Assembly (NCBI GenBank): GCA_022646745.1
Contig: CP060262.1
Coordinates: forward strand, 1 to 32,000
Direction: 5' to 3'
Source: Planctomycetales bacterium
GTDB taxonomy: Bacteria; 4484-113; JAFGCY01
DNA: 32,000 nt
Shown here: one piece after another, positions 6,860 to 18,260 of the stretch
Position numbering within the stretch: position 1 is the first letter of the stretch
How the letters are laid out: each line of letters begins with the position of its first letter
Notes under the pieces: generated by a model
What the model saw: the letters and a program-made list of their open reading frames with translations, nothing else
The model's database searches: none
What the model was told of the DNA's origin: nothing
Translations under genes and position numbers: made by a program

Positions 6860-7574
6860 ATCGAAGAATTGGGAAACTGCCTCCACGGTTATTGCATTGC
6901 TGAGCCTGGTTGCGGTTGTACTACTTGAATATCCCCTTGCAAAGACAAAAATCACTGGGCCGCTTCACCTGTGGCATTTACTTATCTTTGCTGATTCCGC
7001 GGCCTGCGCATATTTCTGGTGGGAATACATAAGCGGATACCGGAGAGCTGACGACAAGGTCATGTTTGCCCAGCAGAACTTCATCAACCTGCTGGGAGCA
7101 ATTCCTGTTGTTACAAGCTTGCGGTGGCTGAGGCTTGTGCGTCTCTTGAGGATCTTCCGATTCCTTCATTTCGGCAGGTTGCTTTCTCGCCTGTTGCGAA
7201 ACTGGGGGCTGATGCTGAGTTCAAATCCTCTTCAGTCCCTGATGATGGCAACACTCGTTATCGTGTTCGTCGGCAGCACCGCATTCTATTACTTTGAACA
7301 TGGCACTAATCCCGGAATCACAGGCTTCTTTGACGCTTTGTGGCTGACAATCGTAAGTTCCACAACTGTCGGCTATGGGGATATCTACCCGGTTACAACC
7401 GCAGGAAGGGTAACCGGAGTCCTGATCATGATTGTTGGTGTGGGAATCCTTGGCAGCCTGACAGCCGCAGTGTCAGCTCTAGTGCTGCGAGCACCGGAAC
7501 CTGTCGAACCTGACCTGACGGAGATAGTTGAAAGGCTGGAAAGAATAGAGAGAAAACTTGAGGAATTGAATTGA
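6843..7574 (+). CDS. Small voltage-sensor-like K+ channel
   Basis: Selectivity filter TTVGYGD. S4-like Arg ladder LRWLRLVRLLRIFRFL. C-terminal coiled coil. The GTG start overlaps the nuclease gene by 17 nt. GC is about 47%, clearly lower than the neighbours. Confidence 0.85.
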   Translation: MSNQTKSKNWETASTVIALLSLVAVVLLEYPLAKTKITGPLHLWHLLIFADSAACAYFWWEYISGYRRADDKVMFAQQNFINLLGAIPVVTSLRWLRLVRLLRIFRFLHFGRLLSRLLRNWGLMLSSNPLQSLMMATLVIVFVGSTAFYYFEHGTNPGITGFFDALWLTIVSSTTVGYGDIYPVTTAGRVTGVLIMIVGVGILGSLTAAVSALVLRAPEPVEPDLTEIVERLERIERKLEELN

Positions 7575-7577
7575 AAA

Positions 7578-7599
7578 GGGAGGGGTGATTACCCCTCCC
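7578..7599. terminator. Bidirectional intrinsic terminator hairpin (GGGAGGGGT-gatt-ACCCCTCCC)
   Basis: 9-bp GC stem, 4 nt after the K-channel stop. On the minus strand it is followed by TTTTCAATTC, so it can terminate thrS. An A-tract lies on the plus-strand 5' side. Confidence 0.7.
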
Positions 7600-7677
7600 C
7601 TACGTCATCGTTGAATCATCTGCCCGGATTGCTCCAGGTCACGGCTGCATCCTGATGGCGCGGAATGCAGTACCCCT

Positions 7678-7734
7678 GGTCAGTCCTGCCTACGGCGGGA
7701 CTGACCTCCAAGCCAAGCTTGCAGCTTGGCCTCC
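7678..7734 (-). repeat. Two GGAGG-abutted hairpins in the thrS 3' region
   Basis: Plus strand: ggtcagtcc..ggactgacc (7678..7706) followed by tcc, and gccaagct-tgc-agcttggc (7712..7730) followed by ctcc. On the thrS sense strand each hairpin is preceded by GGAGG. The second is nearly identical to 4981..5002. Confidence 0.75.
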
Positions 7735-7753
7735 GCTCCGCACACCAAACTCC

Positions 7754-9604
<1,851 letters not shown>

Positions 9605-9626
9605 AGCAATCTCTCCTGGGCGGCGG

Positions 9627-9654
9627 CAAATACGACATGCCGCGCGCGCGTCAA
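9627..9654 (-). promoter_or_regulatory. Candidate thrS promoter
   Basis: On the minus strand: TTGACG (9654..9649), 16-nt spacer, TATTTG (9632..9627). GGAGA lies 7 nt before the ATG. Confidence 0.35.
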
Positions 9655-9682
9655 TGTTAGATGATGGTCATTGGGGGGAGTG

Positions 9683-9755
9683 TCCGCCGGGCGGGAATTG
9701 AACCCGCGGCCTTCACCTTATAAGGGTGCCGCTCTGACCACTGAGCTACCGGCGG
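9683..9755 (-). tRNA. tRNA with anticodon UAU (predicted tRNA-Ile, AUA decoder); CCA not encoded
   Basis: Hand-folded cloverleaf. Acceptor CCGCCGG/CCGGCGG, 7 bp. U8 A9. D-arm GCTC-AGTGGTCA-GAGC. Anticodon arm GCACC-CTTATAA-GGTGA, with one G-A at 27:43. Variable loop AGGCC. T-arm GCGGG-TTCAATT-CCCGC. Discriminator A73. The anticodon arm resembles E. coli tRNA-Ile1. Confidence 0.85.
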
Positions 9756-9917
9756 CAAGCCGGGGACCAGTGGCCGGCCTGCTATCCGAGCTGTATGGAT
9801 ATCAGGCTGGCGGTGAAGTGCATGGCGGAGGAGCGCGTGGTGGCATCGCCGCGGGTAGCGGCGAACTGGATCACACTCCTCTGTCGGCAGGATGCCATGG
9901 CAGTGGATTATACCCGC

Positions 9918-9940
9918 GGAGGCCAGACTTCTGTCTGGCC
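9918..9940 (+). repeat. GGAGG-abutted hairpin (GGAGG-CCAGAC-ttct-GTCTGG-CC)
   Basis: Read directly. Here the GGAGG-first orientation is antisense to both flanking genes. On the minus strand TATAAT lies 7 nt after the hairpin (plus-strand attata, 9908..9913). Confidence 0.6.
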
Positions 9941-10024
9941 AGGGATCAGGTTGCTGGTTGCAGGGAGCAGAAGTGCGGGGCGGGCAGTGCACAGTCCACC
10001 CGCCCCACTGGTTGGAGGTGCCCC

Positions 10025-12100
10025 TTACTGCACGCAGATCAGGATTGTCACCGTTGATTCAAGCCCGCCGGAATCCGTCACTCGCAGGATCGGCAGGAAG
10101 TGCCCGCTCGTCGTGTAGACATGGCTGATGCTTTCCGCGGAAACCACCTGCCAGTCCAGCGGTCCGGACAGGCCATCGAAGTCCATTTCATACAGGACGA
10201 TGTCGTCATTGCGGTCAGTCGTGCCTGATGCATCAAACTGGACACTCAGGGGCGCTGCGCCACCGTAGGCTGAGGCACTGAGAGCGGCCTTGGGCGCGTA
10301 GTTGATCGTGCCGTCAAGCGTGATGCTGCCGATGCTCGTGCCATGCTCGCTGTCATTGCAGTTCATCACTGTCGTGGGAGTCTGAAACTCACCGCCACCG
10401 ATGTTCTCGCCATAGCTGGCATTGATCTGTACCGTCGAGTCTATCCGGCAGGGGATGTGCGCGATGCCGTCAGCATCGGTGTAGCTACTGCTGCGGCCGG
10501 TGTAGTCAACGCCGACCACTTCCACGAGTGCTCCCTCGACTTCATTCTGCGCATTGTCAAGCACCAGAACCTCGATGCAGGTGGTGATCAGCGGCTGGTC
10601 GGCGTTCCACTGTGAGAAGTGGCTCAGCTCACCGGAATAGCTCTTGCCGCCGGGATCCTTTGTGAGGACTGCCTCCTCGACCCACATGCCGGTGGCCTCA
10701 TCAAATGAATAGAGCGGCATCGTGTCCGGCGCATCGGCCTGCTGCTCGGGCTGGATCGGGAAGCTCACCGGGGCAGCGCTGCCCGGTGTCAGGTTCGCCT
10801 GCCCGCCGATGCCGTCGTCAATGAACACCTCGACCATCCCGAAGCTCTCCAGCATCGCGATCGAATCGTCAAGCTGGCGGGCGCAGAAGTCGCCGGGTGC
10901 GGCATCCATCTGTGCCTCGTCCGTCGGGTCAAGGTAGGAGAACTGCACGTTGACATTTCCGCTGAGCGGCTGGCCGAGGCTGTCTACGAGGCTGCCGGCC
11001 GGGATCTGCAGGCTGCTTTGCGCTGTCCCCAGCACGAAGCCGCCGGCTGCCGCATCAACCGCCTGGCCGGGGGCGCGCATGAGCATTTCGATGCGCTGCT
11101 CACGGGTCGTCCCCGCCACCACTGCATACACCGCAGTGTTGTCGCGGAAGCCATCCGCACTGACCTGGATCGCAAGCCGTGCCGCCGGTTCAAGCCCGCT
11201 GAAGCTGAAGCGGCCATCCAGCCCCGTCTGCACGGGGTCCTGACCCTCCAGCGTGACAGTCGCCAGCAGCGGGGACTGGTCCACTCCGCTGACAACCGTG
11301 CCCGTGATGCTGCCGGTCTGCACCACCTCCACATCCTCGATGATGTCGATGATGCCGTTCCCGGGGTACAGCGCGACAGATTCCTCGTTGTCAAACGCGA
11401 GGGGCACGATGCGGTACTGCATCCCGCCGCAGGGATCGGGCAACTGGTACTTCAGGCTTGCTCCCTCCCGCTGGCTGCGGGAGATGATGTCCAGTGTCTG
11501 CCAGCTGTCAGCATCTCCCGGGGTGTGAGTGCCCTGCACTGAGTAGTTGAACACCGAGCAGCCGAAGTTCGTGCCGATCGGCGTGATGTCCGCCAGCGAG
11601 ATGATGCCGTTGTTGTCACCATCGACCCAGAACGGGAATCCCGGCAGGCTGTCATCGCGGCCGAGGAAGGTGCCAAGCGGTGTGAGGTCGGAAATTCCGA
11701 CTTCGCCGTTCATGTCGTAGTCGGCTGTGAAGTAGCAGTTCCAGCGCAGATAGGCCAGGCTGTCCTGCTCCTCGAAGTTCAGCTCGGCATACGGGAAGGC
11801 AAAGCGGCCCGGCGCACGGGCGGCACTGCGCTGTGGCCAGGCCTCGCGCAGCACCCTGGCAAGTTCCCGGCGCAGCTCTTCGAAGCTGTCCGGGTCAGCA
11901 TCGGCAGGCACAGGCATCGCCTCCAGTTCCGCCAGGACCAGCTCAAGTGACTGCCCGGCGGATTGCCCGTTGTCCGGTGACTGTGTCCGCCCGCCACAGG
12001 CAGCACTGAATGCAAATGCCAGCAGCAGCGTGATTGCCAGTGCCAGCATGGAAATGGTGCCGCGCAATCCAGCACCGGTGTTTCCCAACTTCCTGTCCAT
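10025..12100 (-). CDS. Secreted lipoprotein with dockerin-like repeats, a carboxypeptidase-regulatory-like domain and a C-terminal PKD domain
   Basis: Lipobox LAFAFSAAC. Dockerin-type Ca-binding repeats DYDMNGEVGISDLTPLG and DGDNNGIISLADITPIG. CarboxypepD_reg-like segment GSITGTVVS..TGLDGRFSFSGL. PKD-like segment PLSVQFDASGTTD..YEMDFD..HVYTTSG. GGGAGG RBS 6 nt before the ATG. Confidence 0.75.
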   Translation of the reverse strand: MDRKLGNTGAGLRGTISMLALAITLLLAFAFSAACGGRTQSPDNGQSAGQSLELVLAELEAMPVPADADPDSFEELRRELARVLREAWPQRSAARAPGRFAFPYAELNFEEQDSLAYLRWNCYFTADYDMNGEVGISDLTPLGTFLGRDDSLPGFPFWVDGDNNGIISLADITPIGTNFGCSVFNYSVQGTHTPGDADSWQTLDIISRSQREGASLKYQLPDPCGGMQYRIVPLAFDNEESVALYPGNGIIDIIEDVEVVQTGSITGTVVSGVDQSPLLATVTLEGQDPVQTGLDGRFSFSGLEPAARLAIQVSADGFRDNTAVYAVVAGTTREQRIEMLMRAPGQAVDAAAGGFVLGTAQSSLQIPAGSLVDSLGQPLSGNVNVQFSYLDPTDEAQMDAAPGDFCARQLDDSIAMLESFGMVEVFIDDGIGGQANLTPGSAAPVSFPIQPEQQADAPDTMPLYSFDEATGMWVEEAVLTKDPGGKSYSGELSHFSQWNADQPLITTCIEVLVLDNAQNEVEGALVEVVGVDYTGRSSSYTDADGIAHIPCRIDSTVQINASYGENIGGGEFQTPTTVMNCNDSEHGTSIGSITLDGTINYAPKAALSASAYGGAAPLSVQFDASGTTDRNDDIVLYEMDFDGLSGPLDWQVVSAESISHVYTTSGHFLPILRVTDSGGLESTVTILICVQ

Positions 12101-12219
12101 GATAGTCCTCCCGTTGTATGGAGAAGGCCCGTTATTGAGATGGTAGCCGGGTCAGCGCGCGCGGCACAGGAACACTAGCGGGGAGAAATGGGGGGGACAC
12201 ATGGCAGGGCGGGTCTGCT

Positions 12220-13065
12220 TCAACTGACTGTCTGGCTCATAGAGCGCAGCCTGCCACGCCAGAATTCGAAGCGGGCCAGCACGTCGTCCGGCTGCCAGGC
12301 CACACTGCACTGCCCCGGGACAGTGAAGCCATTGGCAGTGAAATCCTCGCTGCTGTCCATGCCGAACTCCAGCTGAGCGGAACTGCCGTTATCCTCGTTG
12401 CGTAGCCGCTTCATGCGCAGCCGCAGCACGCGTCCGTTGCCATCCAGCATGAAGCGCAGCTCGAAGTCATACTTGTCAATAGCCAGCCGGCAGCGGATCT
12501 CGTTGTCATTATCCGCCTCCCACTGCACCCCGTGCTGCGGCAACAGCATGCCCGGCAGCCAGATCATCTCCGCCGCCATCCGCCCCGCCGCGCTTTCACT
12601 GATGGCATCACCTTCCGCGCTTGCCATAGGGTACAGGCCAAGCATGCGCCAGCACATGCGTCCCGCACCATCGTGGTACATGTCGTAACCGCTGATGCCG
12701 ACGAAACCCATCTGCATGCGGGCTTCCCAGAGCAGTCCATGGCCATGGCGGATCAACTCGGTGGAAGTGAACGGGAACCAGGGCTGGCCCGGCCTGATCA
12801 GCATCTCACCGTCGATTGCCAGGATTGCGCCGTCGTAAATGACAGTGCCTTCCGCGATCGCATGGCGGAAGTAGCGGCAGACCGGTTCCGGCAGGCCGTC
12901 CAGCATCTGCTCGCGGAAGCGTTCACCAGCCGGTTGTGGTACAAGCTTGCTGCGCGCCTGGCGCAGGCGTTCCCGGTCCAGCCGCGCACCACTGGCAACC
13001 ACTGCGGTCCACACTACATTGGCAAGGCAGATTAGCAGCAACACGACCGCCAGCCAGATGGGCAT
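12220..13065 (-). CDS. Membrane-anchored hypothetical protein (resembles the DUF6544-type pattern; unverified)
   Basis: ATG at 13065 lies 1 nt after the TGA of the upstream buk-ptb fusion (13067..13069). N-terminal TM MPIWLAVVLLLICLANVVW. The tracked start at 13143 would overlap the upstream gene by 77 nt. Confidence 0.6.
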   Translation of the reverse strand: MPIWLAVVLLLICLANVVWTAVVASGARLDRERLRQARSKLVPQPAGERFREQMLDGLPEPVCRYFRHAIAEGTVIYDGAILAIDGEMLIRPGQPWFPFTSTELIRHGHGLLWEARMQMGFVGISGYDMYHDGAGRMCWRMLGLYPMASAEGDAISESAAGRMAAEMIWLPGMLLPQHGVQWEADNDNEIRCRLAIDKYDFELRFMLDGNGRVLRLRMKRLRNEDNGSSAQLEFGMDSSEDFTANGFTVPGQCSVAWQPDDVLARFEFWRGRLRSMSQTVS

Positions 13066-13066
13066 C

Positions 13067-15073
13067 TCAGCCCTCCCTGCGCTGCAGGCCGGCCGCCACC
13101 AGCCGGGCCAGCGCGATGCTGCAGACGCGGTTGCTGACCTCATCAGCCCGGCTGCCGACGATCACCGGGAATGGCCCGCCCATCACCAGCCCGCCCCAGG
13201 GCTTGCCGGTGTAGATCACCGCCAGCTTGACGGAGATGTTGCAGGCCTCGAGGTTGGGGGTGACGATGATGTCGGCCCGTCCGGCCACCGGGCTGTGGAT
13301 GCCCTTGCGCATCGCGGCCGGGGCACTGAGCGCCACATCCATCCCGAACGGTCCGTCGACAACTGCATCCGGCCAGAGACCCTCCTCGCGGTGCAGGCGC
13401 ACGATCTCCGCCCCATCGCGGATCGCGGGGATGTTCTGGCCCTTGTCCTCCATCCCGGCCGCCAGCATCACATGTGGCCGGCGGTGCCCGAGCGCATGGA
13501 ACATCGCAAGCGCATTCTTCAGCATCCCCATCTTGCCGTGGATGTCAGGCGCTACATTCAGGCCGCCATCGGTGAGGCCGATCAGCCGTCCGCTGATCTC
13601 ATCCTCGAACACCGCGCAGTGGCTGAGGAATGGTTTCTCCTCATGTGGCAGGGTTCCCAGCACCCCACGCAGCAGGGCTGCGGTGTCGCACTTGCCCTTC
13701 ACGAGCACGCTGCCCGGACGGCGCTGCACTTCAGCGATCGAATCCGCCACAATGTCCGTGCTGTCAATGATCTCAACTTCGTTGATCGGTACCCCGGCCT
13801 CGGCCAGGTGCTCCTCAATGTCAGCCCGCACGCCAACCAGCACGAAGCCGGTGAAACCCTGTGAGTGGGAGATGGACACGGTCTCCGCCACCTCATGGCT
13901 GGCCGCGCCAGCCACCACGAAGCCCAGCGGCGGACAGTCAGCCGCACGGCGGATCAGCTCGTCAAAGCCGTGCGGCGGAGCTTCCTCAGGTGTCGGGATC
14001 TCGCTGTATGCGAAGGCGGTCTCGCTGCCCTCGATCACACCGGCAACGCCATCCGCCAGCGCCTGCAGTTCCGCCTCGCCGGGGTAGCTGTAGACCGGCG
14101 CGATCCAGCTGATACGCTCCCGCAGGTCATTGAGGAAGCGCGTGCTGTGCAGCATCGCCCCCGTGATGACAACGGCATCCGGGCGTTGCCCGAGTGAGCC
14201 GGCGTAGGCCGCGACATACTTCGCACTCTGGAACAGCATCGCGTCATAGCTGCGCAGGGCCGCGTTGTCACCATCCTCCAGCCTCCGTTCAATAGCGCGG
14301 AAGTCGCCGGTGCCGGTATAGCCTGCCATGCCGCTGTAGCGGGAAAGAGTGCGCCGCAGGGCGCTGTGGTCTGTTTGTTGTTCAGCCAGCTGCAGCAGTC
14401 CCTCGATCGGCAGGCTGCCGGCCCGGGACACACTGAACGGTCCTTCGCCAAGCTGGGCGTCGTTGACATCGATCACGCGTCCGCGCCTGACGGAGCAGAT
14501 GCTAACTCCGCTGCCGAAATGAGCCACCACGAGCTGCAGCTGGTGCAGCGGGCGCTTCAGCCGCTCGGCTACCTGCACGGCGACGTAATGGACATTCAGC
14601 GCATGGTGCCGGCCACGCCGCGTGATCCCCGGCACTCCACTCAGGCGCGCCTCATCGCAGAGGGTATCCACGCTGACCGGGTCCACCACGTAGACCGGGG
14701 TCTCCAGCCCGTCCTCCTGCAGCATCTCCACGGCGCACAGTGCGCTCAGGCTTGACGGGTGCTCTCCGAAGCGGCAGGACCGCAGGTCATCGAGCATCGC
14801 CTCATCCACGCGGATCACGCCGCGGCGTGACAGCGGCTTCATCATGCCGCCGCGGGCCGCCACTGCGCTGAGGCTGCCTGGTTCAACACCATGCTCCGCC
14901 AGGAATCGGCGCAGGTGCTCACGGCGCAGCGGCAGCTGGTCGAGCAGCGGCAACCAGGCCTGGTCGTCATCCAGGGGCAGGTTGGCCTCTTGCCGCAGTT
15001 CAGCTCCATCGAACAGTGCAAGCTTGCTGCTTGACGCGCCGAGGTTGACGACGAGTAACAGTGGTGCCTCCAT
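13067..15073 (-). CDS. Fusion protein: butyrate/acyl kinase (ASKHA) N-terminal half + phosphate butyryl/acetyltransferase C-terminal half
   Basis: N-terminal half: LLVVNLGASSSKLALF, VAHFGSGVSICSVRRGRVIDVND, GEGPFSVSRAGSLP (butyrate kinase-like). C-terminal half: GFVVAGAASHEVAETV, VLVKGKCDTAALLR, GLTDGGLNVAPD, IIVTPNLEACNISVKL, GGPFPVIVGSRAD (Ptb/Pta-like). The start is either ATG 15073 or GTG 15091. Confidence 0.85.
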   Translation of the reverse strand: MEAPLLLVVNLGASSSKLALFDGAELRQEANLPLDDDQAWLPLLDQLPLRREHLRRFLAEHGVEPGSLSAVAARGGMMKPLSRRGVIRVDEAMLDDLRSCRFGEHPSSLSALCAVEMLQEDGLETPVYVVDPVSVDTLCDEARLSGVPGITRRGRHHALNVHYVAVQVAERLKRPLHQLQLVVAHFGSGVSICSVRRGRVIDVNDAQLGEGPFSVSRAGSLPIEGLLQLAEQQTDHSALRRTLSRYSGMAGYTGTGDFRAIERRLEDGDNAALRSYDAMLFQSAKYVAAYAGSLGQRPDAVVITGAMLHSTRFLNDLRERISWIAPVYSYPGEAELQALADGVAGVIEGSETAFAYSEIPTPEEAPPHGFDELIRRAADCPPLGFVVAGAASHEVAETVSISHSQGFTGFVLVGVRADIEEHLAEAGVPINEVEIIDSTDIVADSIAEVQRRPGSVLVKGKCDTAALLRGVLGTLPHEEKPFLSHCAVFEDEISGRLIGLTDGGLNVAPDIHGKMGMLKNALAMFHALGHRRPHVMLAAGMEDKGQNIPAIRDGAEIVRLHREEGLWPDAVVDGPFGMDVALSAPAAMRKGIHSPVAGRADIIVTPNLEACNISVKLAVIYTGKPWGGLVMGGPFPVIVGSRADEVSNRVCSIALARLVAAGLQRREG

Positions 15074-15221
15074 ACAGGCTGAGTTTAGCACCGGGGCCGC
15101 TGGCCCAGCCTGCAGTCCGCTACTTGCAACGAGGTCTCAGCGCGCCTCTACTGGACCTGATAATGAAGTAACGGGCAAGGAACGGTTACATCCCGGTGTC
15201 CAGACTTGAAAGCTGGTTAAG

Positions 15222-18200
15222 GTGTGCTCCAGTTGCCCTGCCAGGGTTATGCTCTTCCAAATGAGCTATGCGGGCGACGCCTCCTCGTTCGAGAAGACGA
15301 AGAAGTGCAGGATGATGCTGGCAATGGTGATGTTGCTGGGTATCCTCGCGTCCGTGGCCAGCACCTCACTGATCCACGCAAGGGAGCGGGAGCGTGCCGA
15401 GAGCAAGCTGCGATCCGAGAGCACGGAGGTCCGCAAGGAATTCCAGGCCGAGCTGCTGCGCCGGGTTGACATCCTGTACGCGGTACGCAGCTTCTATGAA
15501 AGCTCCAACTTCGTGGACCGGGAGGAATTCAACAAGTTCTGCAGCCACCTGATCACGGAGTACCCGGACCTGACCGCAATCGAATGGGTGCCATTGGTCA
15601 ACGGCAACTCAGTTGATTCCATGGTCCAGCTGGCAAGGGAAGATGGCCTGGCCGATTTCCACATCAAGCGGCTCGTCGATGGCAGGATCCTGCCGGACCT
15701 GCAACGTGACAGCTACTTGCCCGTGTACTACGCCGTGCCACAGGATGAGAACAGGGCGATCCTCGGCTACAACATTGCCAGTGATCCAAGCCGGACCGCG
15801 ATGATCCGCCAGTCAGCGGAGCAGAACATTCCGCTCAGCACAGGCCGAGTGGACATCGTGCAGGATGACCGGGTGTCGAGCACCGCAATCGTGATCCTGC
15901 CCATCTATCACAGTGCTGCCAGCGAGCTGGCACCGGAGCTGCGCGCTGACAACCTCAATGGATTCGTCCAGCTGCTGGTCTCGATCGATGACCTGGCGCT
16001 CAGTGTCCACCGTGATTCCGACGTGGCCAGCATGAAGTTCTCGCTGAATGACATCACCCCAGGCAGTACGCCCGGTGAACTCTGGCAATCGGCACAGGCC
16101 GGCGGAACCGTTGAATTCGGCGGCAGGGACTTTGATTTCGCGGGTCGCCGGTGGCATATCGGGTTCTGGCCATCAAGCCTGGCATGGAGTTCCGCATCGA
16201 GCGGTCTGGCTCCTCTCGTTGCCTCCGCAATCATGCTGCTGAGCCTCCTGCTGGCGGCCTACATCAACGGCATCCAGAACCGCGCGCAGGAGGTTGAGAA
16301 CCTGGTGGCGCAGCGCACGGCCCACCTGCGCCGGGCCCAGCAGGAACTGCTATGTGAGAAGCAGCGCACTGACGAGGTGGCATCCATCCCGCGGGCCAAC
16401 CCCTTCCCCCTGCTGCACTGCAACCGCCGGGGGGAACTGCTGTTTGCCAACGCTGCAGCACGCAAGTTCCTGGATATTTCCCAGCTGGAGGGCACCAAGG
16501 TCTGCCAGCTGCTTGACATCTCCGAGGACCTCGACTTCGATGAACTGATTGACAGTGGGATCGGGGTGGAGATCCACAGCGTGCTGCATGACCGTCACTT
16601 CAACTTCCTGCTGATCGGCGTGCCGGAGCAGGACTGCCTGAACATCTACAGCTATGACACCACCGCCCACAATGACATGGAGCAGCAGCTGCATATCGCG
16701 GTGCGGGAGGCGGAATCCGCGAACATCGCCAAGAGCCAGTTCCTTGCCAACATGAGCCACGAGATCCGCACTCCGATGAACGGCATCATCGGCATGGCCG
16801 GCCTGCTGAAGGAATCCAGCCTGGACAGTGAGCAGCAGGAATACATTGAACTGCTTAACAGCAGCGCGGGCTTCCTGCTGCAGATCATCAATGACATCCT
16901 CGACCTTTCCAAGATCGAGGCCGGCAAGCTCGAACTGGACCCACATGAATTCAGCCTGCGCAGCTGCGTGCGTGACGTTGTCAACCTGATCGGATTGCGG
17001 GCAGCCTCCAACCCGCGGCTGCGCGTGGAGAAGATGCTTGACTGTGCAATCCCGGACATGCTGGTCGGGGACGCCGGCCGCCTGCGCCAGGTGATGATCA
17101 ACCTGCTTGGCAACGCCGTCAAGTTCACCGAGTCCGGCTTCGTTCGCCTCAGCATCATGCCGGTCAAGCGCACGGAAAGCAGCATTGAGCTTGCGTTCCG
17201 CATTTCGGACACCGGTATCGGGCTGACCGAGGAACAGATCACCCGCCTGTTCCAGCCATTCAGCCAGGCGGACAGCTCGACCACCCGCAAGTATGGCGGT
17301 ACCGGTCTGGGCCTGACGATATGCAGCCAGCTGGTGGAACTGATGGGAGGCGGGATCGGGGTGGAAAGCGAGCCAGGCCGTGGTTCGACCTTCTGGTTCA
17401 ATGTGCATGTTGAGGTCGCACCGGCCACGGATGACAAACCCCTTCCCGTACTGGCCGGACGGAGGGCGGTGCTGCTGTGCCATTCCGATGGTAACGCAGA
17501 CAGGATCCTGCGGCATTGCCGTGAGCTGAAGCTGGTGGTGGAACGCATCCGCAGCATGGAGGATCCCCACGATCCGGCGGACTTGCTGCTGTGCTGCCTG
17601 CCTGGCGTGCAGGAGCCGGAAATCGGGCTTGGAAAACTGCTCGTGGAGGAAGGCGGGCATGCCGGTATGCCACGGCTGCTGATCGTGCCGGATGACACCC
17701 TTGTGCAGCCCCAGCTGCCGGATTCACAGAACATGACACAGGTGATGGGCTGGCCCCGCACGGGGCTGGACCTCCGGACCGCGATCGAGAACATCCTTGC
17801 GATCAACCAGGACAAGGATGCAGGCGCTGGTGCAATCCGGCCCGTTCAGTCTGCCGCCGCGCAGCCGAATGACGTGCGGGTGCTCCTCGTGGAGGACAAT
17901 GTTGTCAACCGGCGGATCGCACTGCGGCTGCTGGAGCAGCATGGCATGCATGCCGATGTGGCGGAGAACGGTCAGCTGGCCTGCGATGCACATGAAGCTG
18001 CACCCTATGACCTGATACTGATGGACTGCCAGATGCCGGTGATGGATGGCTATGAAGCGACTCGCATGATCCGCGCGCGTGAGGAACTGGAACAGCACGT
18101 GCACATCATCGCCATGACGGCAAATGCACTGGCCGGGGACCGCGAACGCTGCCTGGAATGCGGCATGGATGACTACATCTCCAAGCCGATTGACAAGGCC

Positions 18201-18260
18201 CTGCTCAGTGAGAAGCTGCAGGCTGTGATGTCAAGCCTGGCCGAACTGACCAGGGCGTGA
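15222..18260 (+). CDS. Hybrid sensor histidine kinase with a periplasmic CHASE domain, pseudo-receiver and C-terminal receiver
   Basis: CHASE-like [36 protein letters not shown] between two TMs. H-box [20 protein letters not shown]-boxes DTGIGL and [14 protein letters not shown]. Receiver [30 protein letters not shown]. The start is uncertain; in-frame ATGs lie further downstream. Confidence 0.9.
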   Translation: MCSSCPARVMLFQMSYAGDASSFEKTKKCRMMLAMVMLLGILASVASTSLIHARERERAESKLRSESTEVRKEFQAELLRRVDILYAVRSFYESSNFVDREEFNKFCSHLITEYPDLTAIEWVPLVNGNSVDSMVQLAREDGLADFHIKRLVDGRILPDLQRDSYLPVYYAVPQDENRAILGYNIASDPSRTAMIRQSAEQNIPLSTGRVDIVQDDRVSSTAIVILPIYHSAASELAPELRADNLNGFVQLLVSIDDLALSVHRDSDVASMKFSLNDITPGSTPGELWQSAQAGGTVEFGGRDFDFAGRRWHIGFWPSSLAWSSASSGLAPLVASAIMLLSLLLAAYINGIQNRAQEVENLVAQRTAHLRRAQQELLCEKQRTDEVASIPRANPFPLLHCNRRGELLFANAAARKFLDISQLEGTKVCQLLDISEDLDFDELIDSGIGVEIHSVLHDRHFNFLLIGVPEQDCLNIYSYDTTAHNDMEQQLHIAVREAESANIAKSQFLANMSHEIRTPMNGIIGMAGLLKESSLDSEQQEYIELLNSSAGFLLQIINDILDLSKIEAGKLELDPHEFSLRSCVRDVVNLIGLRAASNPRLRVEKMLDCAIPDMLVGDAGRLRQVMINLLGNAVKFTESGFVRLSIMPVKRTESSIELAFRISDTGIGLTEEQITRLFQPFSQADSSTTRKYGGTGLGLTICSQLVELMGGGIGVESEPGRGSTFWFNVHVEVAPATDDKPLPVLAGRRAVLLCHSDGNADRILRHCRELKLVVERIRSMEDPHDPADLLLCCLPGVQEPEIGLGKLLVEEGGHAGMPRLLIVPDDTLVQPQLPDSQNMTQVMGWPRTGLDLRTAIENILAINQDKDAGAGAIRPVQSAAAQPNDVRVLLVEDNVVNRRIALRLLEQHGMHADVAENGQLACDAHEAAPYDLILMDCQMPVMDGYEATRMIRAREELEQHVHIIAMTANALAGDRERCLECGMDDYISKPIDKALLSEKLQAVMSSLAELTRA

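Noticed and set aside
9605-9682. T-box leader or thrS autoregulatory operator between the tRNA and thrS
   Set aside because: The spacer is only about 78 nt. It holds a plausible promoter and RBS but no specifier-loop or T-box sequence (AATNNGGTGGNACCGCG-like), and no anticodon-arm mimic that I can fold.
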